From the NCBI RefSeq assembly GCF_026337845.1, contig NZ_JAOVZF010000146.1, positions 1 through 57,014 of the forward strand: DNA of 57,014 bases, given 5' to 3'. The DNA is from Paraliomyxa miuraensis. Lineage in GTDB: Bacteria > Myxococcota_A > Polyangia > Nannocystales > Nannocystaceae. The first letter of the stretch is position 1, and the number at the start of each line of letters is the position of its first letter. Below are positions 1-10,218 of this stretch, in pieces. The notes below the pieces were generated by a model that searched no databases, was not told the origin of the DNA, and saw only the letters and a list, made by a program, of their open reading frames with translations. The position numbers and the translations under genes are program-made.

Positions 1-335
1 CGGTGCCGTTTCGGCGCCGTCGCAATCGAGCACCATCTGCCAACGCCGATCGAAGACCGCTGCTTCGACGGCCGCCGCATCCGAGACGCCACCGGCAGCC
101 TGGAGGATCGTCACCATCGCCAGCAGTGCGGGCGGCACGGGCGGCTTGCCCTTGGGCGTGTCGGCATAGATCTCAGCGAGCTCGGCCTGGAAGTCCTCGG
201 GGAACAGCTCGTGGCGGTGCCTTCGCAGGAAGGCGAAGAGCCGTCCCGTGCGCTTACACCGCGCACAGATCATCTCCTCCACCTTGGTCAGTTCGATCGC
301 GGGGCTCCATCGGATGTTCTCGTGGCGGGGCATGA
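1..335 (-). mobile_element. 5' portion of an IS5-family (DUF772/InsH-N type) DDE transposase gene, truncated by the window edge. Start codon at 335; runs off at position 1.
   Basis: Minus-strand translation from 335: MPRHENIRWSPAIELTKVEEMICARCKRTGRLFAFLRRHRHELFPEDFQAELAEIYADTPKGKPPVPPALLAMVTILQAAGGVSDAAAVEAAVFDRRWQMVLDCDG. The PPxxL..ILQ..SD....FDRRW..L pattern matches the DUF772 N-terminal domain of IS5/IS1182-family transposases. It is absent from the ORF track because no stop lies in the window. Confidence 0.55.
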
Positions 336-409
336 CCCAACCACGAGATCATGATCGAGCCCCAGGGTCGATCCCCTTGGCGCTATCTGATCGCCGCTCT
401 AGTTTAGGC

Positions 410-715
410 CCCCCGCGGGCAGCGGTAGGCAAGCGAACAGCCAGCTTGCCCCCCAAGGGGGGCATTGGGGTGGCATTTCGGGGCGCTGTGCTCGGCTCGC
501 CCGGCGGGCAGCGGTAGGCAAGCGAACAGCCAGCTTGCCCCCCAGGGGGGCATTGGGGAGGGCTTTCGGGGCGCGGTGCTGTGCTCGTCCGGCGGGCAGC
601 GGTAGGCAAGCGAACAGCCAGCTTGCCCCCCAGGGGGGCATTGGGGAGGGCTTTCGGGGCGCTGTGCTGTGCTCGTCCGGCGGGCAGCGGTAGGCAAGCG
701 AACAGCACAGCTTGC
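410..715. repeat. Tandem array of ~3.4 copies of an ~89-bp unit. Each unit holds two perfect palindromes: GCAAGC-gaacagcca-GCTTGC and CCCCCC-a-GGGGGG.
   Basis: Direct reading. The unit cggcgggcagcggtaggcaagcgaacagccagcttgccccccaggggggcattggggagggctttcggggcgctgtgctgtgctcgtc repeats head-to-tail with a few substitutions. The fourth copy is partial and divergent. The array lies between the IS fragment and mraY. Confidence 0.8.
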
Positions 716-864
716 CACTCGCCCTGCGTAGGCATCGTCGGTGGTGCCAGTGGCGCGAATTCTTGCGTGGAAGGCCCGCCGTGTGCCAATCGTAGCGGTA
801 CGGGCATCGACCCCGCGTACGCCGCCAACGGCGCCCGGGAGCCACGAACCCCGAGGACACCGGC

Positions 865-1992
865 GTGCTGTACACCCTGCTCTACCCGCTCAGTGCCCAG
901 TACGCGTGGCTCTCGTGGCTCAACGTGCTGCGCTACACGTCCACGCGCATCATCGCGGCCACCCTCACCGCGCTCGTCCTGTCGCTGGTCCTCTACCCCT
1001 GGTTCATCCGCACGCTCCAGCGGATCCAGCTCGGGCAGGTGGTGCGCGACGACGGCCCGGAGTCGCACCTGTCCAAGCGAGGCACGCCCACCATGGGCGG
1101 CAGCCTGATCCTGTTCACGCTCATCATCCCCACGCTCCTGTGGGCCGACATGCGCAACCCCTACATCCTGCTGGTCAGCCTCACCACGGCCGGCTTCGGG
1201 GTGATCGGGTTCCTCGACGACTTCCTCAAGATCCGACGCAAGAGCTCGGGCGGCCTGCCGGGCAAGCTCAAGTTCCTGGGCCAGGTGGTGATCTCGGCCG
1301 CGGTCTCCTACTGGCTGTTCGAGCAATCGGCGGTGGTCCCCGAGGACATCCGCTATCGGGTGCAGGTCCCCTTGCTCGACTTCTACAGCGACAGCTACCG
1401 CCTGAGCCTCTCCCCGGTGATCTACGTGGTGTTCGCGGTGTTCGTGATCACCGGGTTCTCCAATGCGGTCAACCTGACCGACGGCCTCGACGGGCTGGCC
1501 ATTGGACCGGTGATCATCTCGGCCGCCACCTTCCTCGTGCTGACCTATGCAGCCGGTACCCTCATTGCGGGCTTCGACATCGCGACCTACCTCCGCATCC
1601 CCCACCTGCCCATGGTCGGGGAGCTGGCGATCTACTGCGGGGCCATGATCGGGGCCGGGATCGGCTTCCTCTGGTACAACACCTACCCCGCCAGTGTGTT
1701 CATGGGCGACGTGGGCTCCCTTCCCCTGGGCGCCGGCCTGGGGTTCCTGGCGGTGGCGTCCAAGAACGAGTTCACCCTGGTGATCGTGGGCGGTATCTTC
1801 GTGCTCGAGACGGTCAGCGTGATCGTGCAGGTGGTCTCGTTCAAGCTCACGGGCAAGCGAGTGTTCAAGATGGCTCCCATCCATCACCACTTCGAGCTCA
1901 AGGGCTGGGCCGAGCCCAAGGTGATCGTCCGCTTCTGGATCATCAGCTTCATGCTGGCGCTGGTGGCAGTGGCTACCCTCAAGCTGCGATGA
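865..1992 (+). CDS. mraY: Phospho-N-acetylmuramoyl-pentapeptide transferase MraY
   Basis: 375 aa, multi-TM. Conserved MraY blocks are present: GQVVRDDGPESHLSKRGTPTMGG, NAVNLTDGLDGLA, FMGDVGSLPLG, APIHHHFELKGW. Confidence 0.95.
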   Translation: MLYTLLYPLSAQYAWLSWLNVLRYTSTRIIAATLTALVLSLVLYPWFIRTLQRIQLGQVVRDDGPESHLSKRGTPTMGGSLILFTLIIPTLLWADMRNPYILLVSLTTAGFGVIGFLDDFLKIRRKSSGGLPGKLKFLGQVVISAAVSYWLFEQSAVVPEDIRYRVQVPLLDFYSDSYRLSLSPVIYVVFAVFVITGFSNAVNLTDGLDGLAIGPVIISAATFLVLTYAAGTLIAGFDIATYLRIPHLPMVGELAIYCGAMIGAGIGFLWYNTYPASVFMGDVGSLPLGAGLGFLAVASKNEFTLVIVGGIFVLETVSVIVQVVSFKLTGKRVFKMAPIHHHFELKGWAEPKVIVRFWIISFMLALVAVATLKLR

Positions 1993-3422
1993 GCACGACG
2001 AGCGACCATCCCACGCCCGGACCGCAGGCACGGGCTCCCTGGAACCACGCCCTCGTGATCGGGCTGGGCCGTAGCGGCCTGGCGGCCGTGGACCTGCTCG
2101 TCGGACTGGGCGTCCGGGTTCGTGGTTACGACGCGCGCGAGTCCATCGAGGGGCTGCCGGTCGACCTATCGACCTTCCTCGGCATGCCGCAGCCGCCCGA
2201 TGCCGCGTTCGAGGGCATCGATCTGCTGGTCCTCAGCCCGGGGGTGCCACCGCAAGAGATCCGCCGTCGGGCCGAGCGCCTGGCGCCCTCGGCGGCAATC
2301 CATGGCGAGCTGAGCCTGGCGATGCACCTGGTGTGCTTTGGGGGGCAGCCGCAGTGGCCGGCCGTGCCCACGGTGCTGGTGACCGGGACCAATGGCAAGA
2401 GCACCGTCACCGCGCTCACGGGGGCGCTGCTCCAGGCCGATGGCCGGCATCCGTTCGTGGGGGGCAACCTCGGCGTGCCGCTGTGCGAGCGCCTGCTCGA
2501 GACCCTGCGGGGGGCCCAGTGGATCGACTCGTTGGTGCTCGAGTGCTCGAGCTACCAGCTCGAGACCCTGCCCCCGGTGCCCACCGACGTGGCGATGATC
2601 ATCAACGTCACGCCCGACCACCTCGACCGCTACGCCTCGATGGAGGAGTACGCCCGCACCAAGGCGCGCATCTTCGGGGGGCTGGGGGCCACGGGACTCG
2701 CGTTGCTCGACGCCGACGACGAGTGGACCGATCGCCTGGCCCCTCCCGAGGGCTCGGGCCAGCCATCCGAGATCCCCACCGGCGCCTGGGTGGCGCGGGT
2801 GGGCGACCCCAAGACGGCCGTGGTCGAGGACGATGGCGCGGCCCAGCAGCTGGTGCTCTACCAGGCCGAGAAGTATCCGCGGTCGAGCCTGCGGATCGCC
2901 GGGGGACACAACGCTCGCAATGCGCTGTTCGCCCTGCTGGCCGCGCGGCACCTGGGGGTGTCGGCCGAGGCGTGCCAGCGGGGGCTCGAGCGATTCGAGG
3001 GACTGCCGCATCGGATGGTGCGGGTTCGCGAGCTCGATGGCGTGGTCTACTACGACGATTCCAAGGCCACCAACGTCACCAGCGCGCTGGCGGGGCTGCG
3101 AGGGCTCGAGCGGCCGTTCGTGCTGATCGCGGGCGGGCTCTCGAAGGGGGACGACCTCACGCCGCTGCGCGAGGTGTTGGCCCGGCAGGGGCGAGGGCTG
3201 GTGGCCGTGGGCAAGGCGGCCGAAGAGTTCGCGGCGATGGCCGAGGGCGTGGTGCCGGTGGTGCGCGCGGGCCTGATGGACGATGCCGTGCCCAAGGCGC
3301 GCGCGCTGGCCAAGCACGGCGAGGCGGTGGTGCTGGCACCCGCGTGCGCGAGCTTCGATCAGTACAAGAGCTATGCGCAGCGCGGGGAGATGTTCACCGC
3401 AGCGGTGCTGGGGCTCGAGTGA
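1989..3422 (+). CDS. murD: UDP-N-acetylmuramoylalanine--D-glutamate ligase MurD
   Basis: The ATG overlaps the mraY stop (ATGA). MSTTSDHP...VIGLGRSGLAAVDLL (Rossmann fold), VTGTNGKSTVT (Mur ligase P-loop), DDSKATN. 477 aa. Confidence 0.92.
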   Translation: MSTTSDHPTPGPQARAPWNHALVIGLGRSGLAAVDLLVGLGVRVRGYDARESIEGLPVDLSTFLGMPQPPDAAFEGIDLLVLSPGVPPQEIRRRAERLAPSAAIHGELSLAMHLVCFGGQPQWPAVPTVLVTGTNGKSTVTALTGALLQADGRHPFVGGNLGVPLCERLLETLRGAQWIDSLVLECSSYQLETLPPVPTDVAMIINVTPDHLDRYASMEEYARTKARIFGGLGATGLALLDADDEWTDRLAPPEGSGQPSEIPTGAWVARVGDPKTAVVEDDGAAQQLVLYQAEKYPRSSLRIAGGHNARNALFALLAARHLGVSAEACQRGLERFEGLPHRMVRVRELDGVVYYDDSKATNVTSALAGLRGLERPFVLIAGGLSKGDDLTPLREVLARQGRGLVAVGKAAEEFAAMAEGVVPVVRAGLMDDAVPKARALAKHGEAVVLAPACASFDQYKSYAQRGEMFTAAVLGLE

Positions 3423-3582
3423 ATGATCAGGTCCGAACGACGCGCCGCGGACGGCAACGCCTTCAGCCCCGCCACCCCGTTGCCCGTGCCGTTGTCACCG
3501 AGCAAGAGCTGCAGCGGCCCGAGCCTCAGCTCGAGTTGCTGAAGCACTTGTATCGGCACGGTAGCCGATCGACGTGGCGGGT

Positions 3583-4173
3583 TCACGGCGGTAGTCGCTC
3601 CAGATCCTCGGGTGCATCCAAATTATCGAGCACGGCCGGGTCATCCACCTCGATCTGCTTTCGCCGCGCTGCGACATCGTGCTGAGCCAGCAAGGTTCGG
3701 GGCGTCTGTGGTGGTCGCAGCCGTACTAGCATCGGCACCACGTCGGCCGGGTACACGATCGGGTGCCCCCGCCGCTCCCCCAGCCGTGGCTGCCAGATCG
3801 CGTCGGGCTCCGCTGCCACCGCCTTGGCCAACGCCCGCAGGGTCTGCTCTCGCAGGTGCGGCCTGTCGACGGTGAGCACCAACACCGGCGTCTTCACCCC
3901 CGCCTCGTCGAGCGCCCGCAGCCCCGTCTGCAGGCTCCCGAGCGGCCCATCCGCCCAGCGGTCGTTCCGGACCACCACCGCCCCCTCGCCGAGCTCACCC
4001 CGCGGCAGCACCACCGCCCCCTCCACCACCACCACCAGCCCCGCCCCCGCCGCCCGGGCCTGCTGGCACACGTGCCAAACGAAGGGCCGGCCCCGCCACC
4101 GAAGCAGCGCCTTGGGCCGGCCCATGCGGGTCGAGGCCCCGGCGGCGAGCACCACCGCGGCCAGACCGCTCAC
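3583..4173 (-). CDS. MobA/MocA-like molybdenum-cofactor nucleotidyltransferase (NTP_transf_3 family). GTG start.
   Basis: MSGLAAVVLAAGASTRMGRPKALL... is the typical N-terminal signature of MobA / CTP:molybdopterin cytidylyltransferase. The start lies 4 nt after the stop of the upstream lipoprotein gene. Confidence 0.7.
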   Translation of the reverse strand: MSGLAAVVLAAGASTRMGRPKALLRWRGRPFVWHVCQQARAAGAGLVVVVEGAVVLPRGELGEGAVVVRNDRWADGPLGSLQTGLRALDEAGVKTPVLVLTVDRPHLREQTLRALAKAVAAEPDAIWQPRLGERRGHPIVYPADVVPMLVRLRPPQTPRTLLAQHDVAARRKQIEVDDPAVLDNLDAPEDLERLPP

Positions 4174-4177
4174 TTCA

Positions 4178-6037
4178 TCACCCTGCCTTCTTGGCGGGAG
4201 CCTTCTTCTCGGATCGCTTGGACTCGTCCTTCTTGGGCGCCGCCTCGGCGATCGCGGTCTCGGGATCGTCGACGAATTCGTTGATCTCGCCCAGCGCCTT
4301 GACGGTGGCAGCCGGGGCGAACAGCGTGGCCTGCGGTACCACCAGGCCCACCGAGGCCTGCTCGGCCTCCACCTTCACCCCGAAGCCGGGCTCGCCGATC
4401 GACGAGAGCTTGGACAGGCGACCCATGTTGGTGCCGACCTGCTTCTGCACCGTCTTGTCGTCGGAGTCGTCGCGCACGAGGATCAGCCGGAAGCGGAAGT
4501 ACTCGAGCGGGTCGCCGGCGATGCAGATCTGGCAGCCGCCCATGGACTTGCGCAGGCTCTCGAGGCCCGCGTGCTGGGCCAGGCTGCTCTTGCGAGGCTT
4601 GCCCAGGTTCTTGGCCACGTCGGTCACCAGGCCGCGTGCCCCGGCCCCGATCGCCATGATCGCGGTGCCCTGGTGCACGTAGGAGACGGCCTCGAGCGAG
4701 CCCTTGCTCAGGAACATCCGGGCCTTCTTCACGTCGCCCTGGAAGTCCTTGGGGATCTTGATCGTGAGGTGATCGGCCGCGCCGCCGGGCATCTTGAGAC
4801 CGTCGAGCTCGAGCTTGGCCGAGAACGCGCCGTCCTTGTTCTTGCCCGCCATCGTGGCCTGGGCATCCACGCCCTCGCTGAGCACCTGATGCACGCCCTG
4901 CAGGGCGGCCTTGGTCTTGGCGTCGTCCTTGACGTCGGCTGCCATCACGAACGTGGCCTGACCCTTCTTGTCGAGGTAGAGCGCGAACGTCACGTCGCTG
5001 GCGACCTGGTCGAGCAACCCATGGGCGCTCTTCATCGCCTTCTCGACCATCGGCTTGACGGGATCGGGCACCTGACCCATGGGCACGCTGTCGACCAGCT
5101 TGTGCAGCAACGCGGGGTCGCCCCACGACAGCGTGGTCACGAACACCGGGTCGGCCGGCAGGCGCGACTCGAGGGCGGTGGCGGCGGCCCGTGGCTGACC
5201 GATGGGCCCCAGGCCCAGCTTGTGGAACGGCGCCTGGGCGTCCACCGCAGCCGTGAAGTCGCGGGTGGTGCCCAGATCGAGCGACATCCCCACCGACTCC
5301 AGCTCGCGCAGGATCTCGTCGAGGTCCCGCGCCAGCTTGCCACCCAGGGGCAGCTCCTCGAGCACGGCGGAGGGATCGATGTCGTCGGTCGGGATGTTGG
5401 TGGCGCGAACCCGCATGCGGGCGCCGGGCTTGGTCTGACCGCGCAGCTTGCCGGCCGTGTCGATGTCGGCCGTCGACATGCCCAGCAGGAGCTCCTTGCC
5501 CTGCTCGCGCATCAGCAGCCGGGTGGAATCGACCGCCAGCTCCCACATGCCCTCGCCCAGCGGCGCGGGGCGCTGGCTCTGGGGCATGTTCTCGATGAGC
5601 TTGCGTGCGTCGACCACCGCCACGCTCGCCGCCACGCTCGAGTCCTGGGGCCCACCGCCGCTGACGGGCGTGGACGTGGTGAACGCGTGCAGCCCGTTCA
5701 GATCGAGGTTGTTGAAGAACCCGGGGCCAAAGCCCATGCCCAAGAGGCCCGCCTGGATCTCCGCCTTGGGGTCCTGGGCCTCGTCGGGCATGTAGCTCTC
5801 GGAGAACTTCTTGAACGCGGCGAGCATGTCGTCGAGGCCCTCGATGCTGCCGGTCACCGTGATGCGCTCGACCGCGGGTGCGGGGCGCTGCGGTGCGGGC
5901 GCGTCGTCGACGGCCACCGCGGGCACGGGGGTCAGGGGCGGCTGGGTTTCCTCGTTGTTCTTCTTCTTGCCGCAGCTCGCGAGCGCGAGCGGTACGACCA
6001 GCGAAGCCATGAGCAATGCGCTTCGACGCGTGGACAT
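4178..6037 (-). CDS. Lipoprotein of unknown function (619 aa) with a Lys-rich C-terminal tail
   Basis: Start chosen at MSTRRSALLMASLVVPLALASCGKKK, which carries a lipobox (LASC), with GGAGG 6 nt upstream. The ORF track extends further upstream to 6451, but that extension is Arg/Pro-rich junk. Confidence 0.7.
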   Translation of the reverse strand: MSTRRSALLMASLVVPLALASCGKKKNNEETQPPLTPVPAVAVDDAPAPQRPAPAVERITVTGSIEGLDDMLAAFKKFSESYMPDEAQDPKAEIQAGLLGMGFGPGFFNNLDLNGLHAFTTSTPVSGGGPQDSSVAASVAVVDARKLIENMPQSQRPAPLGEGMWELAVDSTRLLMREQGKELLLGMSTADIDTAGKLRGQTKPGARMRVRATNIPTDDIDPSAVLEELPLGGKLARDLDEILRELESVGMSLDLGTTRDFTAAVDAQAPFHKLGLGPIGQPRAAATALESRLPADPVFVTTLSWGDPALLHKLVDSVPMGQVPDPVKPMVEKAMKSAHGLLDQVASDVTFALYLDKKGQATFVMAADVKDDAKTKAALQGVHQVLSEGVDAQATMAGKNKDGAFSAKLELDGLKMPGGAADHLTIKIPKDFQGDVKKARMFLSKGSLEAVSYVHQGTAIMAIGAGARGLVTDVAKNLGKPRKSSLAQHAGLESLRKSMGGCQICIAGDPLEYFRFRLILVRDDSDDKTVQKQVGTNMGRLSKLSSIGEPGFGVKVEAEQASVGLVVPQATLFAPAATVKALGEINEFVDDPETAIAEAAPKKDESKRSEKKAPAKKAG

Positions 6038-6221
6038 GCGCGGGAGGATACACTCTCGTGACCCGCTGCCCAGCCGAGCACTCGCGGTGGTGTGGGTGCC
6101 CCTTCGCGGGGTGTCGCCCGGCGGCGCTGCCGGCCGCCGACATCTCGCGTCACGCGGCAGGGTCGGTGTTTCGGGGCCATGCGGACCGTCCATCGTGAGA
6201 AAACCGGCGCCGCGGACCCCA

Positions 6222-6587
6222 CTATGGTTCGGCGAGCGCACGCGCCAGCGCCAGCGGGCTCGCGAGCGCGCGCAGCTCGGCCGGCGAGATGTCCAAGCCG
6301 CGGGCAATCTCGAGGAGCAGCGCCTCTTCGGCGGCCGGCACGACGCCGTCGGCGGTGGCGATCGCACAGGCGGCACGCACCACCGTGCGGCGGCCCTCCA
6401 CATCGAGCTCTCGTCGTGCCTGCTCGATGAGCTCGGGCAGCGGCCTGGCATTGGCCAGGACCTCCGCGACGTCGTCCCGCACCTGCTGTTCGTCGGGCGT
6501 GCTGCCGGTCAGCCGCCCCACCGTCCACCGCAAGCGTGCGACCTCGTCCTCGTGGAGCGTGCCGTCGATCATGGCCACCCGGACCAT
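6222..6587 (-). CDS. TerB-like / DjlA-N-terminal-like small protein (~121 aa)
   Basis: MVRVAMIDGTLHEDEVARLRWTVGRL...VVRAACAIATADGVVPAAEEALLLEIARGLDIS resembles the tellurite-resistance TerB fold. The start is the first ATG after the junk N-terminal extension. Confidence 0.55.
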   Translation of the reverse strand: MVRVAMIDGTLHEDEVARLRWTVGRLTGSTPDEQQVRDDVAEVLANARPLPELIEQARRELDVEGRRTVVRAACAIATADGVVPAAEEALLLEIARGLDISPAELRALASPLALARALAEP

Positions 6588-6669
6588 GACGCGTCGCACC
6601 AACGAGTCCAACGCAGCGTCGACCACCACCAAGCCAGCATACCCCCTCGGGGGCCACGATGGGGCACGA

Positions 6670-7385
<716 letters not shown>

Positions 7386-7389
<4 letters not shown>

Positions 7390-8720
7390 CGGTCGTCCTC
7401 CGTGGTCGCCCTCGGCTCTCGGCGTCGCACGGCCCCGCCGATGACCAGGCCCAGCAGCCATGCCCACGCCGTTCCCGGATCACCGCCGTGGCGACAGCCG
7501 CAGCCGCCCGCGCCGGGGCCCTCGGTCTGTCCAGCGCCGGTTCCCGTGCCCGAGCCGCCGTCGTCGCCCGGGCCATCGTCGCCGGGGGTGCCGCTCTCGT
7601 CGAGCCCTTCGGGGCCGCTCCCGGCCCGGCACTCTCCGGCCTGGCACGTCAGTCCCTCGGGGCACGGCGAGTCCTCGTCGACCTCGCCGTCGCAGTCGTC
7701 GTCGAAGAAGTTGCACTCCTCGTCCCTGGGCTCTCCGGGGGTGCAGCCCTCGGGCTCGCAATTGATCGACTCGCGGCGGCACCAGCCCTCGCCGCACTGG
7801 GGGCGCACGCGCTCGTCCACGTCGGCATCGCAGTCGTCGTCGAATCCGTTGCAGACCTCCTCGGCGCCGGGGTTGATGGTGGGATCCTCGGGGCGGCAAT
7901 CGCCGGGCTGCCCGGCCCAGCCAGGGGTGCCCACGCAGCCCATCATCATCTCGCCGCTCTCGTACTCGAGCTGGCCGTAGTAGCCGTCGCCGTCGCCGTC
8001 GGGGTAGAGATCCACCGGGATCGCATCCTCGTCGATCTCGTTGTCGCAATCGTCGTCGATCTGATTGCAGTACTCGGGCGCGCCCGGGTAGGTGTCGGCC
8101 CGGTTGTCGTCGCAGTCGTCGGGCAGCGGCGCGTAGCCATCGGGGGGCGCTCCGGCGCAGTGCACCCGCGGCAGGTTGGTGCGGCCGTAGCCGTCGCCGT
8201 CGAAGTCGCGATAGTAGGTCTGCGCCTCGCAGCCGTAGACGAAGTCGAACGCGCCCTCGTCGGTGAGGTCGCCCGAGGAGCCGTTGTTGCCGTTGGCCGC
8301 CACCGCCCACAGCTCGAAGCGCACCGCGCCCGGGGCCGCCGGGGCGGTCCAGTCGAACGAGAACTGCGCCTGACCGCCGGCCATCGCCCGGGGCTGCGTG
8401 TGGGTGAGCCCGGCCACCACCTCGGCCAGGCCCGAGCCGAGGCTTGCGTAGTCGCCCTCGTTGGACTGCAGGAACAGCCCCGCCTCGGCCGCGCCGGGCG
8501 ACGAGATCGTCACCGTCACCTGCACCGTCTGGCCCGGGGACACGACTGCGGGATTGGTGGTGATGTCCATGCCCACGGTGCCCCCGCCATGACAACCACA
8601 CCCGCTGCCGTTGACCCCACCCGAGTGGGCCCACGCCGAGCGGGGCATGCTTGCCGCGGCGAGGGAGCCGAGGCCGAGCGCGAGACCAAGCGCGAGATCG
8701 AGCGGGGAAGGACGACGCAC
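7386..8720 (-). CDS. Secreted Cys-rich protein with MopE-like putative metal-binding repeats (CxxxDDDCDxxxDE) and a C-terminal MYXO-CTERM sorting signal
   Basis: Signal peptide MRRPSPLDLALGLALGLGSLAAASMPRSAWA. It has a GSGCGCHGGG motif. Repeats include CNQIDDDCDNEIDED, CNGFDDDCDADVDE and CNFFDDDCDGEVDED. The C-terminus GGCGCRHGGDPGTAWAWLLGLVIGGAVRRR has the MYXO-CTERM architecture. Confidence 0.8.
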
Positions 8721-8762
8721 GGGAGACCGGCCGGGAGTCTACATGGAGGGGCCCCTGCGGGG

Positions 8763-10013
8763 CTACCCGACGGGCGGCATGTTGCAGCCGTAGACGATGT
8801 CGATCCCCACCACCGATCCATCCTGGATCGCCTGGCACGCGGCCCCGTGGAAGATGATCGTGTTGGTGGTGGAGTCGTAGGTCCAGCCGTTGGCCGGGTC
8901 GTTGGGCACGCCGGCGGGATCGTCGTCGAAGAACACGTAGATCTCGTTGGCGTTGGGCGGGACCTCGGTGAGCTGGAAGGTGCACGAGGTCACCGACGAG
9001 GCGATGGCGGCCATGGCCATCTGCAGGTCCGCGGGCTGATCGGCGAAGTAGGGCTGCCCGGTGCCCCCCGCCATGGCGATCTGCTCGAGCTGCGAGAGGC
9101 TGGCCCCGCCCATGCCCACCGCGAACGTCTGCACGGGCACGGCCTGGTTCAGCAGGTTGGCGGCCCCGGCCGGCCCATTGACGCTGCCGGTGCACTCGCT
9201 GCTCTCGCCGCCATCGGTCAGCAAGAGCACCGCGTTGGTGCGCGTGGGATCCTGCAGGCTGGGCTCGCCCACCAGCGCGTCGAGCGACACGCCCGTGCTG
9301 GTCTCGGGGTTGCCGCTGTCGCACAGGTACCTGATCGTGCCGTCGGGGTTCATCGCCTGACCGTTGAGGCTGCCCTGTCCCGCCGTGTTGTCGAGGAAGC
9401 TCTGGATGAGGGGAGCGTTGACGGGGAGGATCGGCACCACGATGTCCCCGGGTGAGCACCCGCCGGGCAGGCACGACGAGTAGGTCGCCAGCCCGAAGTC
9501 GATGGCGTCGTTGAACTGGGTGGTCACCCCGAAGATGGCCTCGCGCGCCACCTCCCAGCGGTTCATGCCGGTGCCGGGCACGTCGCCGTCCATGCTGCCG
9601 CTGCGGTCGAGCAGGATGAGCAGGTTGGGCGGGACCTCGTCGAACGAGAACACGAAGCCCCCGCAGCCGCCCCCGATCGTGCACATGCCCTCCTCGCAGG
9701 TGAAGCCCTCGTCGCAGTCGTTGTCGAGCACGCAGTCGATGGGGCCGAGGCACTGCTTGGACATCGCACCGCAGTGCTGCCCAGCCGGGCAGTCGTCGTC
9801 GGTCTCACACGGCCCACCCCCGCCGGTGCCATCGGCCGTGCCGTCGACCGAGGCGGCCGAGGTCTCGGTGGGATCGCCGTCGGTGGCGGTGGCGGTGATC
9901 GTGATCCCGGTCAAGCTCGTCGGCCCCGAGTCATCGGCTCGCCCTCCGTCGCCGCCACACCCCAACAGCACCGACACCAACCCCGCACCGAGCACCAACC
10001 CCGTGCTCGGCAT
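8763..10013 (-). CDS. von Willebrand factor A (VWA) domain lipoprotein with a Cys-rich N-terminal region
   Basis: Start MPSTGLVLGAGLVSVLLGCGG (lipobox LLGC). The ORF track's longer N-terminal extension to 10238 is rejected. Cys-rich block CETDDDCPAGQHCG...CVLDNDCDEGFTCEEGMC, then the MIDAS motif LLILLDRSGSMDG. Confidence 0.75.
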   Translation of the reverse strand: MPSTGLVLGAGLVSVLLGCGGDGGRADDSGPTSLTGITITATATDGDPTETSAASVDGTADGTGGGGPCETDDDCPAGQHCGAMSKQCLGPIDCVLDNDCDEGFTCEEGMCTIGGGCGGFVFSFDEVPPNLLILLDRSGSMDGDVPGTGMNRWEVAREAIFGVTTQFNDAIDFGLATYSSCLPGGCSPGDIVVPILPVNAPLIQSFLDNTAGQGSLNGQAMNPDGTIRYLCDSGNPETSTGVSLDALVGEPSLQDPTRTNAVLLLTDGGESSECTGSVNGPAGAANLLNQAVPVQTFAVGMGGASLSQLEQIAMAGGTGQPYFADQPADLQMAMAAIASSVTSCTFQLTEVPPNANEIYVFFDDDPAGVPNDPANGWTYDSTTNTIIFHGAACQAIQDGSVVGIDIVYGCNMPPVG

Positions 10014-10218
10014 CGACCCGCGCCCGTCCGCGTTCCCATCCATGGCGTCGAGCATAGTCCAGTCCTGGCCCGAACCGGAGCCACCTTCGAGATCGACCAG
10101 ACCATCCCGGCCAGGGGTGGGATTGGGGCACGATTCGAGCGCGATCGCGCCACCCATCGTCTTCACCGCGCTGTAACATCCCCCCAGCCCGTGGGCGCCT
10201 CGCCCCGATCGGAGCCTC

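Noticed and set aside
410-715. Possible CRISPR array
   Set aside because: The 89-bp units are contiguous with no unique spacers, and no cas genes are present. It is a plain tandem repeat or minisatellite.
741-3422. 893-aa ORF presented as one protein
   Set aside because: It is an upstream open-frame extension. The real murD starts at ATG 1989, which overlaps the mraY stop. The upstream part is Arg/Pro/His-rich junk in another frame of mraY.
3824-6061. 745-aa + ORF, plus the overlapping 657-aa (4170..6143) and 757-aa (4178..6451) minus-strand ORFs
   Set aside because: The + ORF is antisense to the well-formed lipoprotein gene. The translations are Arg/Ala/Gly/Pro low-complexity, typical of out-of-frame reading of 70% GC DNA. 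Only the lipoprotein frame from Met at 6037 has a signal peptide with a lipobox and a ribosome-binding site.
7480-9753. 757-aa minus-strand and 655-aa plus-strand ORFs (7488..9455) spanning the Cys-repeat and VWA genes
   Set aside because: They are alternative frames of, or antisense to, two genes with clear domain signatures. Their composition is R/G/A/P-dominated with no motifs.
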